A stretch of DNA of 63,758 nt, filler included, from Globobulimina sp. (taxonomy: Eukaryota): NCBI GenBank assembly GCA_003354225.1. It is 17 parts of 17 records of this genome, joined end to end, with 100 filler letters (N's around TTAATTAATTAA, not from the genome) between each part and the next. Parts side by side here need not be neighbours in the genome. Positions count along the whole stretch, not along the records: positions 45,088 to 48,742 come from PIVH01002316.1; positions 48,843 to 52,497 come from PIVH01002317.1; positions 52,598 to 56,252 come from PIVH01002318.1; positions 56,353 to 60,005 come from PIVH01002319.1; 13 more parts are not named here. One strand, written 5' to 3'. Both the position numbers and the translations under genes were made by a program. Every line of letters starts with the position of its first letter. Within the stretch, counting starts at the first letter, position 1. The notes beneath the pieces were generated by a model, which was given only the letters and a program-made list of their open reading frames with translations, was not told the DNA's origin and made no database searches. Below are positions 45,800 to 57,449 of this stretch, piece by piece.

Positions 45800-47397
45800 T
45801 TAAAAGTCATTAGGCGCATGGAAATGCTTGTCATGATACCATATTTTGACATCTTTCGACGTCGACACCGACGCTAACAATGACTCCGTAGGATGCCAAT
45901 CAATACTCGCTATAAATCCATTATGGCATTGATCAATTTTCGAATACAATCTCCGTTTACTCAAATCCCAGCATCGGATCGACTTATCGTCGGCTGACGA
46001 TATCAAAAATCGACCGCACGGATGAAACACCAACGACCGGACCCAATTCTCATGGCCCACCAATTTAATTATGCATTGCGTGCTTTTTATATCCCAAATA
46101 ATAATCGTCTTATCCCTGCTCGCAGACGCTATGAATCGCGGCGGTTTGTTCTCTTTCTTGCCCTTCATATGCATGCCGAGGCCAATGGCATTGCCACCAT
46201 CCTCCGAATCGGACTCATTCTCATCAGACTCGTCGCCATCACTGTCACTGTCTTGTGCATTGCTGCTTTTTTGGATGGAATCATGGATGATAATGTCATC
46301 GGTGTTGGGATTACTAAATCGAATCTCCTCCACAACGTGGTCGTGACCACGGTACACACCAATCTCTGCAAAGTCCTTTTTTATGTCCAATACTTTGAGC
46401 GTCTTATCAACGGAACACGTGGCGATTAGGGAGCCGTCGTAGGAGACGTCCACTCGTTTGACCCATTCGCCGTCGTGCACATCGGATAAGGTCTTGGAAC
46501 AATATCCGCTCTCTAACTCCCAGATTTTGACAGTGCCGTCGCGCGAACAGGATATGATTAGGTTGTCGTTGTGACGTAAGAAGGCGACGCCTGTTATATG
46601 TGTGCGAGGATCGAAAAAATATATAATTGCAATTGCGAATGTGCGAGCAATTAATTTCAAAATGCTGATTTTTTTCATCATAGTTTCAAACTGAAAAAAA
46701 TTAGTTTCAAACTGGAAAATATTGGTTTCAAACTGGGACTTACCTGTAACAGTATGGTCGTGGCCGTTTAATGTCTTTTCACAACGAAATTCGTCTTCGA
46801 AATTCCATATTTTGACGCTCATATCGACAGAGGAGGAGGCCAAATAAGTGCCGTTTGTATTGAAGGACAGGTCACAAATAGAATTCGTGTGTCCTCGTAA
46901 CCATTTTTCTAATTTACCAGTTTCATAATCCCAAACACCAATTTTTGAGTCATCGCCACATGTAACTAACCATGAATAATTTGGATGAAATAAGACTTTA
47001 TTTATGCCTTTTTGGTGTCCTTTTAAATGATATTTTTGTTTATTTGGTAATAATTCATCAAATAATTTTTTTGGCCCTTTGAATGAATTATAATTGAATG
47101 GTTTTGATACTTTCAATTCGTTTTCGGTTTCGATTAATTTGGATTCGAGTTCGTGCACTTTGGCGGTTAAACGGATGACAGCGGTCCATTTACGTTCTAA
47201 TATTTTCAAGTTTTTATCCGGCATTTCTTCTTTGGTTTCATCTAAAAATGAGTCCAATGTCTTTGCATATCCGTGGTCGCGTAAATATTCCAAGATAGCT
47301 GTATTTCTGTTGGATATTCCAATAACTGCAGTGTGTGCAGAAAAATAAACAATCTACGTACGTACAGTTCTTTTTTCTGTTTATCTGTAATAGGCAT
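45800..47397 (-). CDS. LIS1: Lissencephaly-1 (LIS1/NudF) dynein regulator
   Basis: Spliced N-terminus MPITDKQKKELNTAILEYL (LisH; intron 47307-47365), LERKWTAVIRL coiled coil and 7 WD40 repeats. A second intron lies at 46591-46743. Confidence 0.93.
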
Positions 47398-47451
47398 TGT
47401 TGGCACTGTTCTGACTGTGAAGATAAAAACAATTTAAATAACTTTCATCAT

Positions 47452-48474
47452 ATGTCATCAGAATTAAATGCGTTACACGTGTTGAGCATATACATTAAAT
47501 CTCGGGGATATTTGCCTAGATATGCAGAGGAATTGGTCCATTTTTCAATGAAAGATGATTTAAAATCATTGGATTATATTGATGCCCAAAATATCCTTAA
47601 TATGTACACAAAAAATCTTGAGAAAGTTAGAAAAGCAAAAGCAAAATCAACCAATCCAACTCTCAAAAATACATATCTTAATCATACAGACAGCAATAGT
47701 TCCGATCTAATAACACCATCGCCACAAAAAACCATTGCAATTGAAGACAAAGGGAACCCTGACACCCTCATCAATAAAATCTGTGTTGATATTAAAAAAT
47801 TGAACATAACAAAACAAAAAAAAGCTGCAAAAGTAATTCAACTATCAAAAAAGAATGGAATTAATAAATCAGAAGTGAAGCATTTTTTGCTTGAAAAGGG
47901 ATTGACTGAACATGATATTGACAAAGCGTTTGATACATATTCTGAATCACATTGTTTATCATTAGAAACAGAAACGGGAAACGGTTATAAAGCACAGAAA
48001 CAAAAACAGAAAACGAATACATGCACAGATTGCAATTGCGATATGGAAACTGTAGAAGGATTAACTGGATTAATTGTGTGCTGTTTCATATTATTTGGTG
48101 GTATATATGGTATTTTGTGGGGGGTAACAGCTTTGAATCCATTTGATATCAAAGGAGAGTGTGAAATTACGAATGTGCCGGATGGTGGCTATTATTATAA
48201 AGCATACAATTTGGGTGTTTGTGCAGGAAAATCTGAAGTTGAATATTACTACGATGGGAACAGAATTGTTGGATCTGAATATGCCGTTGGTGAGCTTCTG
48301 CCATGTCGGACAAATAATAATTGTGAATCTGTATCGCTTTCTGTAGAATACCATTTTATTATTGCTGTGCTTATTGGTTCGGGAATAGCTGTTATTGCTG
48401 GTTTATGTGCGGTTTGTGCTGCTTGTTTTGGATTAGTCCGTCTGAGCTGCATTTGGTTGTTTCCTGCGCTTTAA
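47452..48474 (+). CDS. Two-TM membrane protein with a Pex14-N-like motif
   Basis: KSEVKHFLLEKGLTEHDIDKAF, then two TM helices flanking a Cys-containing loop. Confidence 0.65.
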   Translation: MSSELNALHVLSIYIKSRGYLPRYAEELVHFSMKDDLKSLDYIDAQNILNMYTKNLEKVRKAKAKSTNPTLKNTYLNHTDSNSSDLITPSPQKTIAIEDKGNPDTLINKICVDIKKLNITKQKKAAKVIQLSKKNGINKSEVKHFLLEKGLTEHDIDKAFDTYSESHCLSLETETGNGYKAQKQKQKTNTCTDCNCDMETVEGLTGLIVCCFILFGGIYGILWGVTALNPFDIKGECEITNVPDGGYYYKAYNLGVCAGKSEVEYYYDGNRIVGSEYAVGELLPCRTNNNCESVSLSVEYHFIIAVLIGSGIAVIAGLCAVCAACFGLVRLSCIWLFPAL

Positions 48475-48842
48475 CATGCATCGTATGATGTAGTTTTTGT
48501 GTGATTTTAAACTGTATTATTTTTAAATAGTTTTTTTGTTTCTGAATGAATATGAAATCGGGACTTATCATTGCATTGCAACATGCGAACACCGCAACGG
48601 GATCTGAAAAACAAACATATTAAATGTAGATATTCTGAAAAAGACGTCAACTTAAAACGGTTATTATTCCATGCAGCAGAACTTACTGCCAATGCTTGAC
48701 TGAAAATACTTTTCAGTATAGCCCCATCAACAAAATCAACAANNNNNNNNNNNNNNNNNNNNNNNNNNNNNNNNNNNNNNNNNNNNTTAATTAATTAANN
48801 NNNNNNNNNNNNNNNNNNNNNNNNNNNNNNNNNNNNNNNNNN

Positions 48843-49182
48843 TATTGCGCAAATGTTAATAAATATTGTCGGTGATGACGAGTTTGAGAATGATGGACCA
48901 ATATCGTATGTGTGCAGTGATAAAGGCATTGCAAAAAAGGATATTCATTTATTTTGTAATGTAGTGAATAAATATCGAGATAAATTATATGAGAATGGCA
49001 TAGCAAGAAAGAAGAGAATAAAAGTCGTTCACAAAAAACATGATTCACAAACTACTTTGGAATTAATTGAAATGAAGCGAGAGAAACAAGATGAACAAAA
49101 ATTAAAACAATGGGAAATATCTTCTGCCAAAGGCGACAAAGAGAAAGTGTTGACAATGCTTGGTGGACAATTACCACAATAA
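48843..49182 (+). CDS. Hypothetical protein, 3' end
   Basis: ORF running from the contig edge to a TAA stop. Confidence 0.5.
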
Positions 49183-49311
49183 ATCAAACTGTTTTTTAAA
49201 AAACTTAAGCTAAAAAAACCTGCCTCTTCAGTTCGCTTTGTATTAGAGATTTACAGCTAGTACAAGTTGCACTGTCCCGTTACAATATTAATACGTACAA
49301 ATCTGATATAT

Positions 49312-50425
49312 ATGGAGTCAAAATATGAAAGAAATATATTGCATGTTTTAAAAAAAGCCGGGTTCACCAAATCTAAGAAGATTGCAGATACGTTACAAGG
49401 TATGATAGAGTCAAACAAAACATACAGCAATTTCAGCAATAAACCAATTAAAATAATTCAGGGCAAATCTGGAAATCTCTGAAAAGAGAGTCAAACGAAC
49501 AATATGTAATAAAAGTAACCTCCAAAGCGTTGCACAAACAATCCTCCACCATATTAAATGGCAAAATCTCTCAAGTGCAAGAAAATATAATCCGGGAAAG
49601 ACAAATCCTGGAATATTTATCCTCATTCATTGAGTATCCAGCGTCAATTATTAAATATAAAGGTTTTTTTCGCTCCAATACTAATTATTATTTGTTGATG
49701 GAAAATGGTCAGCATCCAATCTTTGATTTTATTTTAAAAGTTCATAAATTAATTAAATTAGATAAACTTGAAATTGCTGAATGGCTGAAATTGGTGAAAA
49801 TAATATTTAAACAAATGATTGAAGCCATTGACTTCATGCATTCTAAAAATATCGCGCACTTTGACATCAGTTTGGAAAATACATTGATTAATGACATAAG
49901 TATTTGTATCGTGGATGCTGATACGCCGCATGAAAAAATACAATTTGTGTCCAATTATAACGATGTTAAGGTTAAAATAATTGATTTTGGGCTGGCTGAA
50001 TTGTTCGATGAACGCGATAATTTTGAAACAAATAAATATTGCGGCAAAAGGTTTGTATATGATTTGTTTTTTTTATGTTACGTAAGCTGACCGTGTTATG
50101 TTACCCTTTCAGGAATTATCAGTGTCCAGAAATTGTGTATAAAGCAAAAACTTTTAACGCAGCGTCAAATGACATATGGTGCCTCGGGGTGTGTCTATTT
50201 ATGATGGTTTTAGGATCGGCACCGTTTTATAAGGCACATCACAGCGATAAATCATATGAATGGATCATTTCTGGCGACATTAGAGAATTATTAAAAGAAT
50301 GGGATCGCTTATCCTATTTAGATGAAGATTTGTTAGATTTAATGACGAAAATATTTCAATTTGAAGAAAAAAGAATTAGTTTACAAGAAATTAAACAGCA
50401 TAAATGGTTAAGAAATACAAATTGA
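49312..50425 (+). CDS. CAMK-like Ser/Thr protein kinase, two introns
   Basis: IADTLQG|QIW, YVIK, HFDISLEN, IIDFGLAE, YCGK|NYQCPE and DIWCLGV. Introns at about 49400-49461 and 50051-50113. Confidence 0.93.
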
Positions 50426-50652
50426 CAAAAAGTTAAAGTGTAAATATAAAGTTTGTACCTTATACTTTCATTCAATGAAATTCATTGTTTTGTGACTAAA
50501 TTTGTGTTTGTGTCCATTGTATCAAACCAATTTATTAATGTTTACATAGTTTGTTATTAATATTCTATATCCGCTCTTTTTCAGTTTTGAATGTTTTTTA
50601 TGTTCTTTTTATGTTTTTTTTCAAAGTTTTGTGATGCTTTGAATGTGTATTA

Positions 50653-50747
50653 GGCATTTTTGCTTTATCGGGAAAATCTGTTTTTAAGCAGAAAAAATCA
50701 GTTTTTCCCTGTTAGAAAATAGATTTTTACGATAAAGCAAAAATGCC
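50653..50747. repeat. ~95-nt intergenic hairpin
   Basis: Perfect 18-bp outer stem (GGCATTTTTGCTTTATCG / CGATAAAGCAAAAATGCC), continuing with G-U pairs to a small loop. Confidence 0.9.
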
Positions 50748-50975
50748 CATTGTGTTTTAGCAATTATTTTAATATTTCAATTTTCCGATTTCGGATATTC
50801 GATACTTCAGTCATTCAGAACTTTGCAACATCTCATTCAGAGATATAAAATCATTCATATTACCACGACAAAAGAACTTAGCAAACCGTCGACAGCAAAC
50901 CGGTTTGACTGCGTTTCTAAGTCAGAAAGTTTTGGTTCATCTTTAAAATAACGATTTTTACTCGTGAATCCACTC

Positions 50976-52340
50976 ATGTCAGTTCGTCTCAATGTTGGTG
51001 ATGTTGTTTTGGTAAAAACAAATGTCAACAACCAAGGAATCGGGCTCATAAAAGTTCTGATATCTCAAAAACAATTGTTTTTCAACAAGAAAAAAGCTGT
51101 GTATATATATCATAGTACGTTGGGCCACTTGCGACTGTCGATGAGACTCTCATGACCGATTATGTTGGAATTGAATTACTCGAACCTGTCGACAATGGTC
51201 ATAATGGGACCATAAATAATTGCACCTATTTCATCACCTCCAAAGGTCATGGATTTCATACAAAAATGACAAATGTCATTAAAAAACTGTCCATCTCAGA
51301 TTTATTCAATCACACAAAATATATTCATCAACAATTTCAACAAAAACTAAAATATATCAAAACATTAAATACATACCGAGATCATCAAAAACAGCGACAT
51401 CAATCACATCATCAAAATCAACTCTCAATACAATCAAACGAATCCAACCAAACATTTAAATCAATGCGATCATTAAATTCCAGGCTTTCCAATTCAATGC
51501 GACCATCTTTAACAATGCCAGCTGTTCCCACAGTACTTGCACATAAATCCAACAGCAATACAAAAAATGTTCCGGTATGTTTAAAAATGAAATACATTCA
51601 GATTGTATAACAAAATGAAAAATGTTTCTGTGTTTGCAAACTACCAAAGAATAAGTTGCAGTCAGCGTGGCATTTCCTGAACTTACCATCAATGAACGGT
51701 GCAGCAAATACAACCTCAAATACAGTGTCCTTCGAATTCACTGAGTATTCCACAACAAATCCATCAGACACTGTATATAATTTCTCTCTGTTTCTGAAAA
51801 TATATACACTTTCTATAATTAACCATAATACAGAACAAATTAACGAATCAAACGACTGGGCATACTTTCTCAAATTCGTCCACTTTCAATGAAACTCCAG
51901 TGCCTGAACAAAAACCATCCGTCCACGAATGCAAATATTCGCAGGACAATGAAGCGATTTTTGAGAGTTTAGAGAATTCGAACAGTGATATTTATTGTAC
52001 AGCTTCTGATGGTGATGATGATGACTTATCGGACAGTGAAAGTGTTAGCGACCAATATGAATGTCAGGGAAATTATAATTCATTCAATGCGATGTTATTA
52101 CGACAATCAAACACTCAAATTTATAATGGATATTCGGCGCCTATGATTGTGGGTGGTCAGGTGTATCATTCTGGGAATATGAATGGGAATCCTTTACCAA
52201 TAATAGCTTATGTTGCGGCTGGACCAGCAATGCCGGCACTCCCTTCAGCTGCGTCATTATCACCGCGTGAATATAAACGTAGAAATGTTCCATCAGCAAA
52301 TACAAATAAAATACAACCATTGATGTGGAAAAAGAAGTAA
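50976..52340 (+). CDS. CAP-Gly domain protein, multiple introns
   Basis: LNVGDVVLV...G.IK|YVG...YVGIEL..P...HNGT....YF.....HG.F, followed by a low-complexity tail. Confidence 0.8.
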
Positions 52341-52597
52341 ATGATAATAACTTTGAAATTATGCGAAATGTAGAGAAGAAGATTTTTGTTTTTGTCGTTA
52401 TTTTCATTTTCTATATATATATGTAATTATAAATTTATAAAAATTGATCATGATTCGCATGTTTCAACATTAATTACAAATTTCACATTTTTAGAACNNN
52501 NNNNNNNNNNNNNNNNNNNNNNNNNNNNNNNNNNNNNNNNNTTAATTAATTAANNNNNNNNNNNNNNNNNNNNNNNNNNNNNNNNNNNNNNNNNNNN

Positions 52598-53019
52598 ATG
52601 TCTAATTCCTTAAATGCTGTATGTTGCCAAGGTATTGCTTTTGCAAATGATTCTGGTGATTCATTTAATTGTTTTTGTCTGATTGTGGGTTGGGCAGAGT
52701 TTAATCTTTGAATTAAAATGTCTTTTTTGGCGGATTTATGATTTAAACAACGTAATTTTAATTCCCCTAATAATTGTTTTCCAGTTAAATCAGACAATGA
52801 TTTCTTTTTAATTTCTACATTGTATTTTTTTTTTAATTTTGTAATTAATTCCATTTTTGGTCGTTTTAAATCACATTTATTCTCACCACGTTTCTTTAGT
52901 AATTGTTTTATGTCATTAACTGTTAATATTGTATGTTTTTCATTCTCTAATTCTGTGTTATTCCAAGTCCACTTTTTGTCTTCTTCGCTTGATGATTCAC
53001 GTTCTTCTTTATCACACAT
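52598..53019 (-). CDS. Protein with two SAP-like motifs (3' partial)
   Basis: LTVNDIKQLLKKRG...KMELITKL and LTGKQLLGELKLRCL...KKDILIQRL. Confidence 0.7.
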
Positions 53020-53123
53020 GAGGCTACGGCTATGAATATAAGGGATGGCTACTATTGGCTAGTTAATTTAATTAAATAACCCAAACAATTTAAAAACGTC
53101 CTATACTTTCACTTGAAGCATAT

Positions 53124-53781
53124 TTACAATTCTGTGTGTAATAAATTGGAGGTTAACCATGCATTTATTTTAAATAAACTCTTCCAATTTATCACTCTTT
53201 GATTTTCCGGTATTATGTGTTTTATTGAACATGCTGAAATCCAAATGTACACTACAAACCATACCAATACACGAAATATTTGCGTTACGATGCTGTTCCT
53301 ACCAAATACTAGCAAAGCTACAACAGCAATGCTCACCACATTCATTGCTGTATAGCACACAGTGTTATATGCATCGTAATTCTTATTATCATTCTCATTG
53401 TCATCGTCAACATCATTATTAGTTTCATTTGTTGATTGTGTCCTTGTCCTTGCATTGCAACATAGATCACAAACAGTAACAATTGTCATTCCAACGATGA
53501 CTTTTATAGCCATAAATGCCGCCCAATACCTACAAAATTGGCGCATTGGCCATTTCTGTTGTAATCCAGGATCAATATTACACATAATACTAAATCCAAA
53601 CACAAATGGTGTCAATAACAAAAGTGGCCAACAACATAACATCAATAATGAATAACCCAACAAATAAGCATTAAATCTACAAAAATATCTTAATTTCCCA
53701 GCTTGATTGTGTATAGTTTGTATATTATGTGATGATTCTGTATCTTCTGTAGCAATTTGCTCGTATTCGTAATCTGCACTG
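53124..53781 (-). CDS. Multi-pass membrane hypothetical protein; may be the last exon of the 53845-54837 gene
   Basis: Four hydrophobic helices. The frame is open up to an AG acceptor at about 53782. Confidence 0.55.
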
Positions 53782-53844
53782 TCTATATTTAATGTTTTGT
53801 GTTGTTTAATAAATATTTGTGGTGTGATGGAACATATGACAGTC

Positions 53845-54837
53845 TCAACTTTGATAAAACGTAATGATATTTTGATAGGTTGATTTATACACTTTTTTGT
53901 AAATATTATCTAAATTAAACAATGTAAATAGAATAATTGGTAACAAAAATATGGATATTACTCCGATATAAAAATCAATGGTACATAAACAATATACAAT
54001 GCCTAAAATATATTTGAGTGATAATAATAATATGCAATATGTATCTATTTGGTTTGGATAAATTAGTTTTACTGATTCATTGTAATCAGTGTTATGAAAT
54101 AAAGATATATCATAAATATTAAATCCTTCCAAAATATATGGTGTGTATTTATATGAACAGTTTATTTGAGGCGCTAAAGCTTGCAAATAATAACAAAAAA
54201 TGCGTCTTTTGTTAAAGCTGTTAATAGCAACAAATAAATGCATAGAAAATATTAATATTAGCACCGTAGCGATGGATGTTGTGAGTGTTTGATGCATAGT
54301 AAAATACAGCGGAAGCGATAAAGAAAAGATATCAGAAACGTTAAGGAATAAAAATAAAAACAATTCGATCCATCCGAATATATTAAACACAGATGTTTTT
54401 AGTTTAATTGACTCTGCATGTGAATCTATTTTATGTTGATACAAATCAATGATTTCTTTGATTAAATCTTGATTTGTCATCTCATAGTCAACGATTATTG
54501 GGATCAAATTATTTTGAATAAAATGCGAACATGCTTGATATTCAGTGCATGAATTAAATAATTTTTGAATTATCTCCGTTCCATTTATAATATTTTTTAA
54601 TGAACGGATTTTCATAGATTTTGCTAATAAATTGAATGTTTGTAACCATTTGTTGCGAATATTTGTAGGTACACTACGATCGTATGATAATGATAACAGC
54701 GTTGAGATCTCAAAAGAATTATTTTGTGCGTAAATCTCGAATTTCTCCATGAAATCTGCATTATTTCCTTGTTTGTGAATAAGAATAGTATTTAACATAA
54801 TGCTGTTGAGCAGATACAAGCAAATAAAAAAAAACAC
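53845..54837 (-). CDS. Hypothetical membrane protein
   Basis: 330-aa ORF with several TM helices. Start uncertain. Confidence 0.55.
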   Translation of the reverse strand: MFFFICLYLLNSIMLNTILIHKQGNNADFMEKFEIYAQNNSFEISTLLSLSYDRSVPTNIRNKWLQTFNLLAKSMKIRSLKNIINGTEIIQKLFNSCTEYQACSHFIQNNLIPIIVDYEMTNQDLIKEIIDLYQHKIDSHAESIKLKTSVFNIFGWIELFLFLFLNVSDIFSLSLPLYFTMHQTLTTSIATVLILIFSMHLFVAINSFNKRRIFCYYLQALAPQINCSYKYTPYILEGFNIYDISLFHNTDYNESVKLIYPNQIDTYCILLLSLKYILGIVYCLCTIDFYIGVISIFLLPIILFTLFNLDNIYKKVYKSTYQNIITFYQS

Positions 54838-54953
54838 CTAACGGGGACCTAACCTAGCTAGTGATATGATGATTATCTATACAATTATGTAAAGAAATTA
54901 AACAAATCAACGCGTCAATTATATGTAGGGAAATTGATAACTAATGAATGGGT

Positions 54954-56141
54954 TCATTTGTTAACATAAGAAATCATTTGTGCAGCTGCATTATCACCAC
55001 TCCATGCATACATACTAATAGCTAACCTATACTTTGTCATATAAATGTTATCAAATGCCACACCAAAATCTTGATCATTTTTTTTAAACGAAATATTCTT
55101 ATCATTTAAATCTAAGCACATTGTAATAATATCACCTTTATCAAATTTTTCACCATATTTTATTCCAATATTATTATAATTTATTTTTATTGCATCATAT
55201 CCTGAATATCCAATATTATATTGGTCATAATTACATCCTTTACCACAAAATAACAAATTACGATGCTTCATTGTTGAGGCAATACCAATATACATACTAC
55301 ACTCTGATGAACGTGACAATATTTTTATTTTCCATTCATGTATTCCATTTTCTGCAATCTGTGAGCTATAAACAGTGCAATATCCATAGTTTCCTTCATA
55401 TTTAATGACAGATTCATTGATTGTCATTCCATTTCCACATTTTATCCAATATTCATTATCAACATCCTCTGTATCTGAAGCAATAAATTCATGTTTATGT
55501 TCACTTTGTTTTTCATATTGTTCAATAACTTTATTTTTTTCAACAAGCATTGTTTCAATATTCTTATTTACTGCAAGCAATTTATCATTTTCCTTTTTTA
55601 AATCAATTATTTTCTGCTTTTGTTGATTGATTATAATATTTAAAAAAGCGTTTTTATTTTCTGTATCTTTCAATTTTGATTGTAACAAAAATATTGGATC
55701 ACTGTTTTGTGTACAATGAATGATATGTTTTGTAATTAAATCATTTAAAGTTCCACGCCATTCACATTTAAGCTCATCATCATTTTGTGCATTATTTTTA
55801 GTTTTTGCCTTAAATGTAACGGAGAAAGGACACCAAACAATGCATTGTAAAATTTGTCTCCGTAATGAACGTACTCCGTGAATAATAGGTTCAGAATGTA
55901 AGTTAATTGGACATTTACCATATTTATTGGATATTAATTGTTTCAAACAAATAGAACAATATGGGAAGATTTCATCATCATTGTGATCACAATCTAACTC
56001 CACGGCATCACAACAATATGCATTACAATATGCACACAATGCGTCTTCTTTTTGTGTGTCAAATAGCTCTGGATTCCAGCCTTTACCATCTATTTTTAGC
56101 GATGATAACATGTAATTGTTTTCTAACTTTTCTTGTGCCAT
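54954..56141 (-). CDS. RING-like/TRAF-zinc, coiled-coil and SPRY (B30.2) protein
   Basis: CAYC...C.H...CSIC...CP, CEWRGTL..L...H...C, a coiled coil, then HEWKIKI, YIGIA, GDIITMCLDL and YRLAISM. Confidence 0.88.
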   Translation of the reverse strand: MAQEKLENNYMLSSLKIDGKGWNPELFDTQKEDALCAYCNAYCCDAVELDCDHNDDEIFPYCSICLKQLISNKYGKCPINLHSEPIIHGVRSLRRQILQCIVWCPFSVTFKAKTKNNAQNDDELKCEWRGTLNDLITKHIIHCTQNSDPIFLLQSKLKDTENKNAFLNIIINQQKQKIIDLKKENDKLLAVNKNIETMLVEKNKVIEQYEKQSEHKHEFIASDTEDVDNEYWIKCGNGMTINESVIKYEGNYGYCTVYSSQIAENGIHEWKIKILSRSSECSMYIGIASTMKHRNLLFCGKGCNYDQYNIGYSGYDAIKINYNNIGIKYGEKFDKGDIITMCLDLNDKNISFKKNDQDFGVAFDNIYMTKYRLAISMYAWSGDNAAAQMISYVNK

Positions 56142-56352
56142 ACTTCACTATTATAGTTTAAAAACAGCTTATAAATAAAACTGTTGTTCTGCTTCATGTC
56201 AAATACTGTGTCAAATGAAAGTACCAAGCCAATTTTAGCATAGCTGCATTGTNNNNNNNNNNNNNNNNNNNNNNNNNNNNNNNNNNNNNNNNNNNNTTAA
56301 TTAATTAANNNNNNNNNNNNNNNNNNNNNNNNNNNNNNNNNNNNNNNNNNNN

Positions 56353-57449
56353 GTCTGTTTTGGTCGTATTCTTTGGTTTTATGGGCAGTAAACCAAGACA
56401 CATTGAAAAATATCAAGAAATATTCAGAGAGTGTAAAAATTCATTAACAATTCATGCCGTATATCCACTCAGAAATTGTAGAGATACATTCAAAAAATAT
56501 AGAATTAAATATTTAGCACAAAATACATTAAATTATGTTGCAAATTTCATTAAACAAGAAAATACGTCAAATAATAATCCTATTGTCATTTTTTATGTAT
56601 TTTCTAATGCCGGCGGCATATTAATGGCTATAATCAATGATTTGTTATGTCAGGACAATAAATACAAAAACATGTTAAATAGAGATGAGCTGTTTATTAA
56701 TGGCATAGTATATGAGTCATGTCCTGGTTTATTAAAACCGACGTTAAATATCATATCAATCATATTAACTGTACTTTAAATGCACTGGAAGGAATGCATT
56801 TAAGTCAGAGGTTGAGAAGTAGTGAGGTTTAGAAGTTTATGCGTTGAGAGGTTGGGATGTTCAGAAGTTGGTGGATAAAAGTATCGTAGAATTGGATTCT
56901 TATTTCATTAATAATTCAACTTCTGAACCTCTCAACTTCTCAACGCATAAACCTCCGAACCTCTCAACCTCTCAAACCTCTGACTTTAATGCATTTCTTT
57001 CACTGATTCCACGAATTGCAACTTATCCAAACCTTGCTAAATATCTCTTATTTGCAGTCAACTACATGATGGCATTCATATTTTATTGTGTCTTCAAATT
57101 GGGATTGTTCAGAATTGATTTATTTGTCAATTTCTTTGAGAAATTATTGTGCAAAAATAATCCGAAAATATTAGGCATTCCTTCATTATTCTTGTACAGT
57201 AACAGTGATAAATCTGTTTTTGTAAATCACATTGAAATGTTCATTCAAATGAAAAGGAAGGCATTGGGCAAACATTTGGAGCGAAACGCTGTGAATAAAG
57301 TCGTCAAAACACACAACTTTGATAATTCTCCACATGTTCAACATTATTTGAAGCATACAAAACAATATAAACTCATTGTACTATCATTTTTAAATAAGAT
57401 TATGCAACAAAATGAATCAATGCAAACGCAAACTGTAATTGATATTTGA
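56353..57449 (+). CDS. TMEM53: TMEM53/DUF829 alpha/beta-hydrolase-like gene interrupted by an inverted-repeat insertion (possible pseudogene)
   Basis: VFFGFMGSKPRHIEKY, FYVFSNAG, IVYESCPG, PSLFLYSNSD and FDNSPHVQHY motifs are split across two ORFs in different frames. Confidence 0.8.
56788..57000. mobile_element. 213-bp foldback/MITE element with ~80-bp inverted arms and CACTG direct repeats
   Basis: Termini GAAGGAATGCATTTAAGTCAGAGG and CCTCTGACTTTAATGCATTTCTTT pair at 21 of 24 positions. Internal GTTGAGA(A/G) subrepeats. CACTG at 56783-56787 and 57001-57005. Confidence 0.8.
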
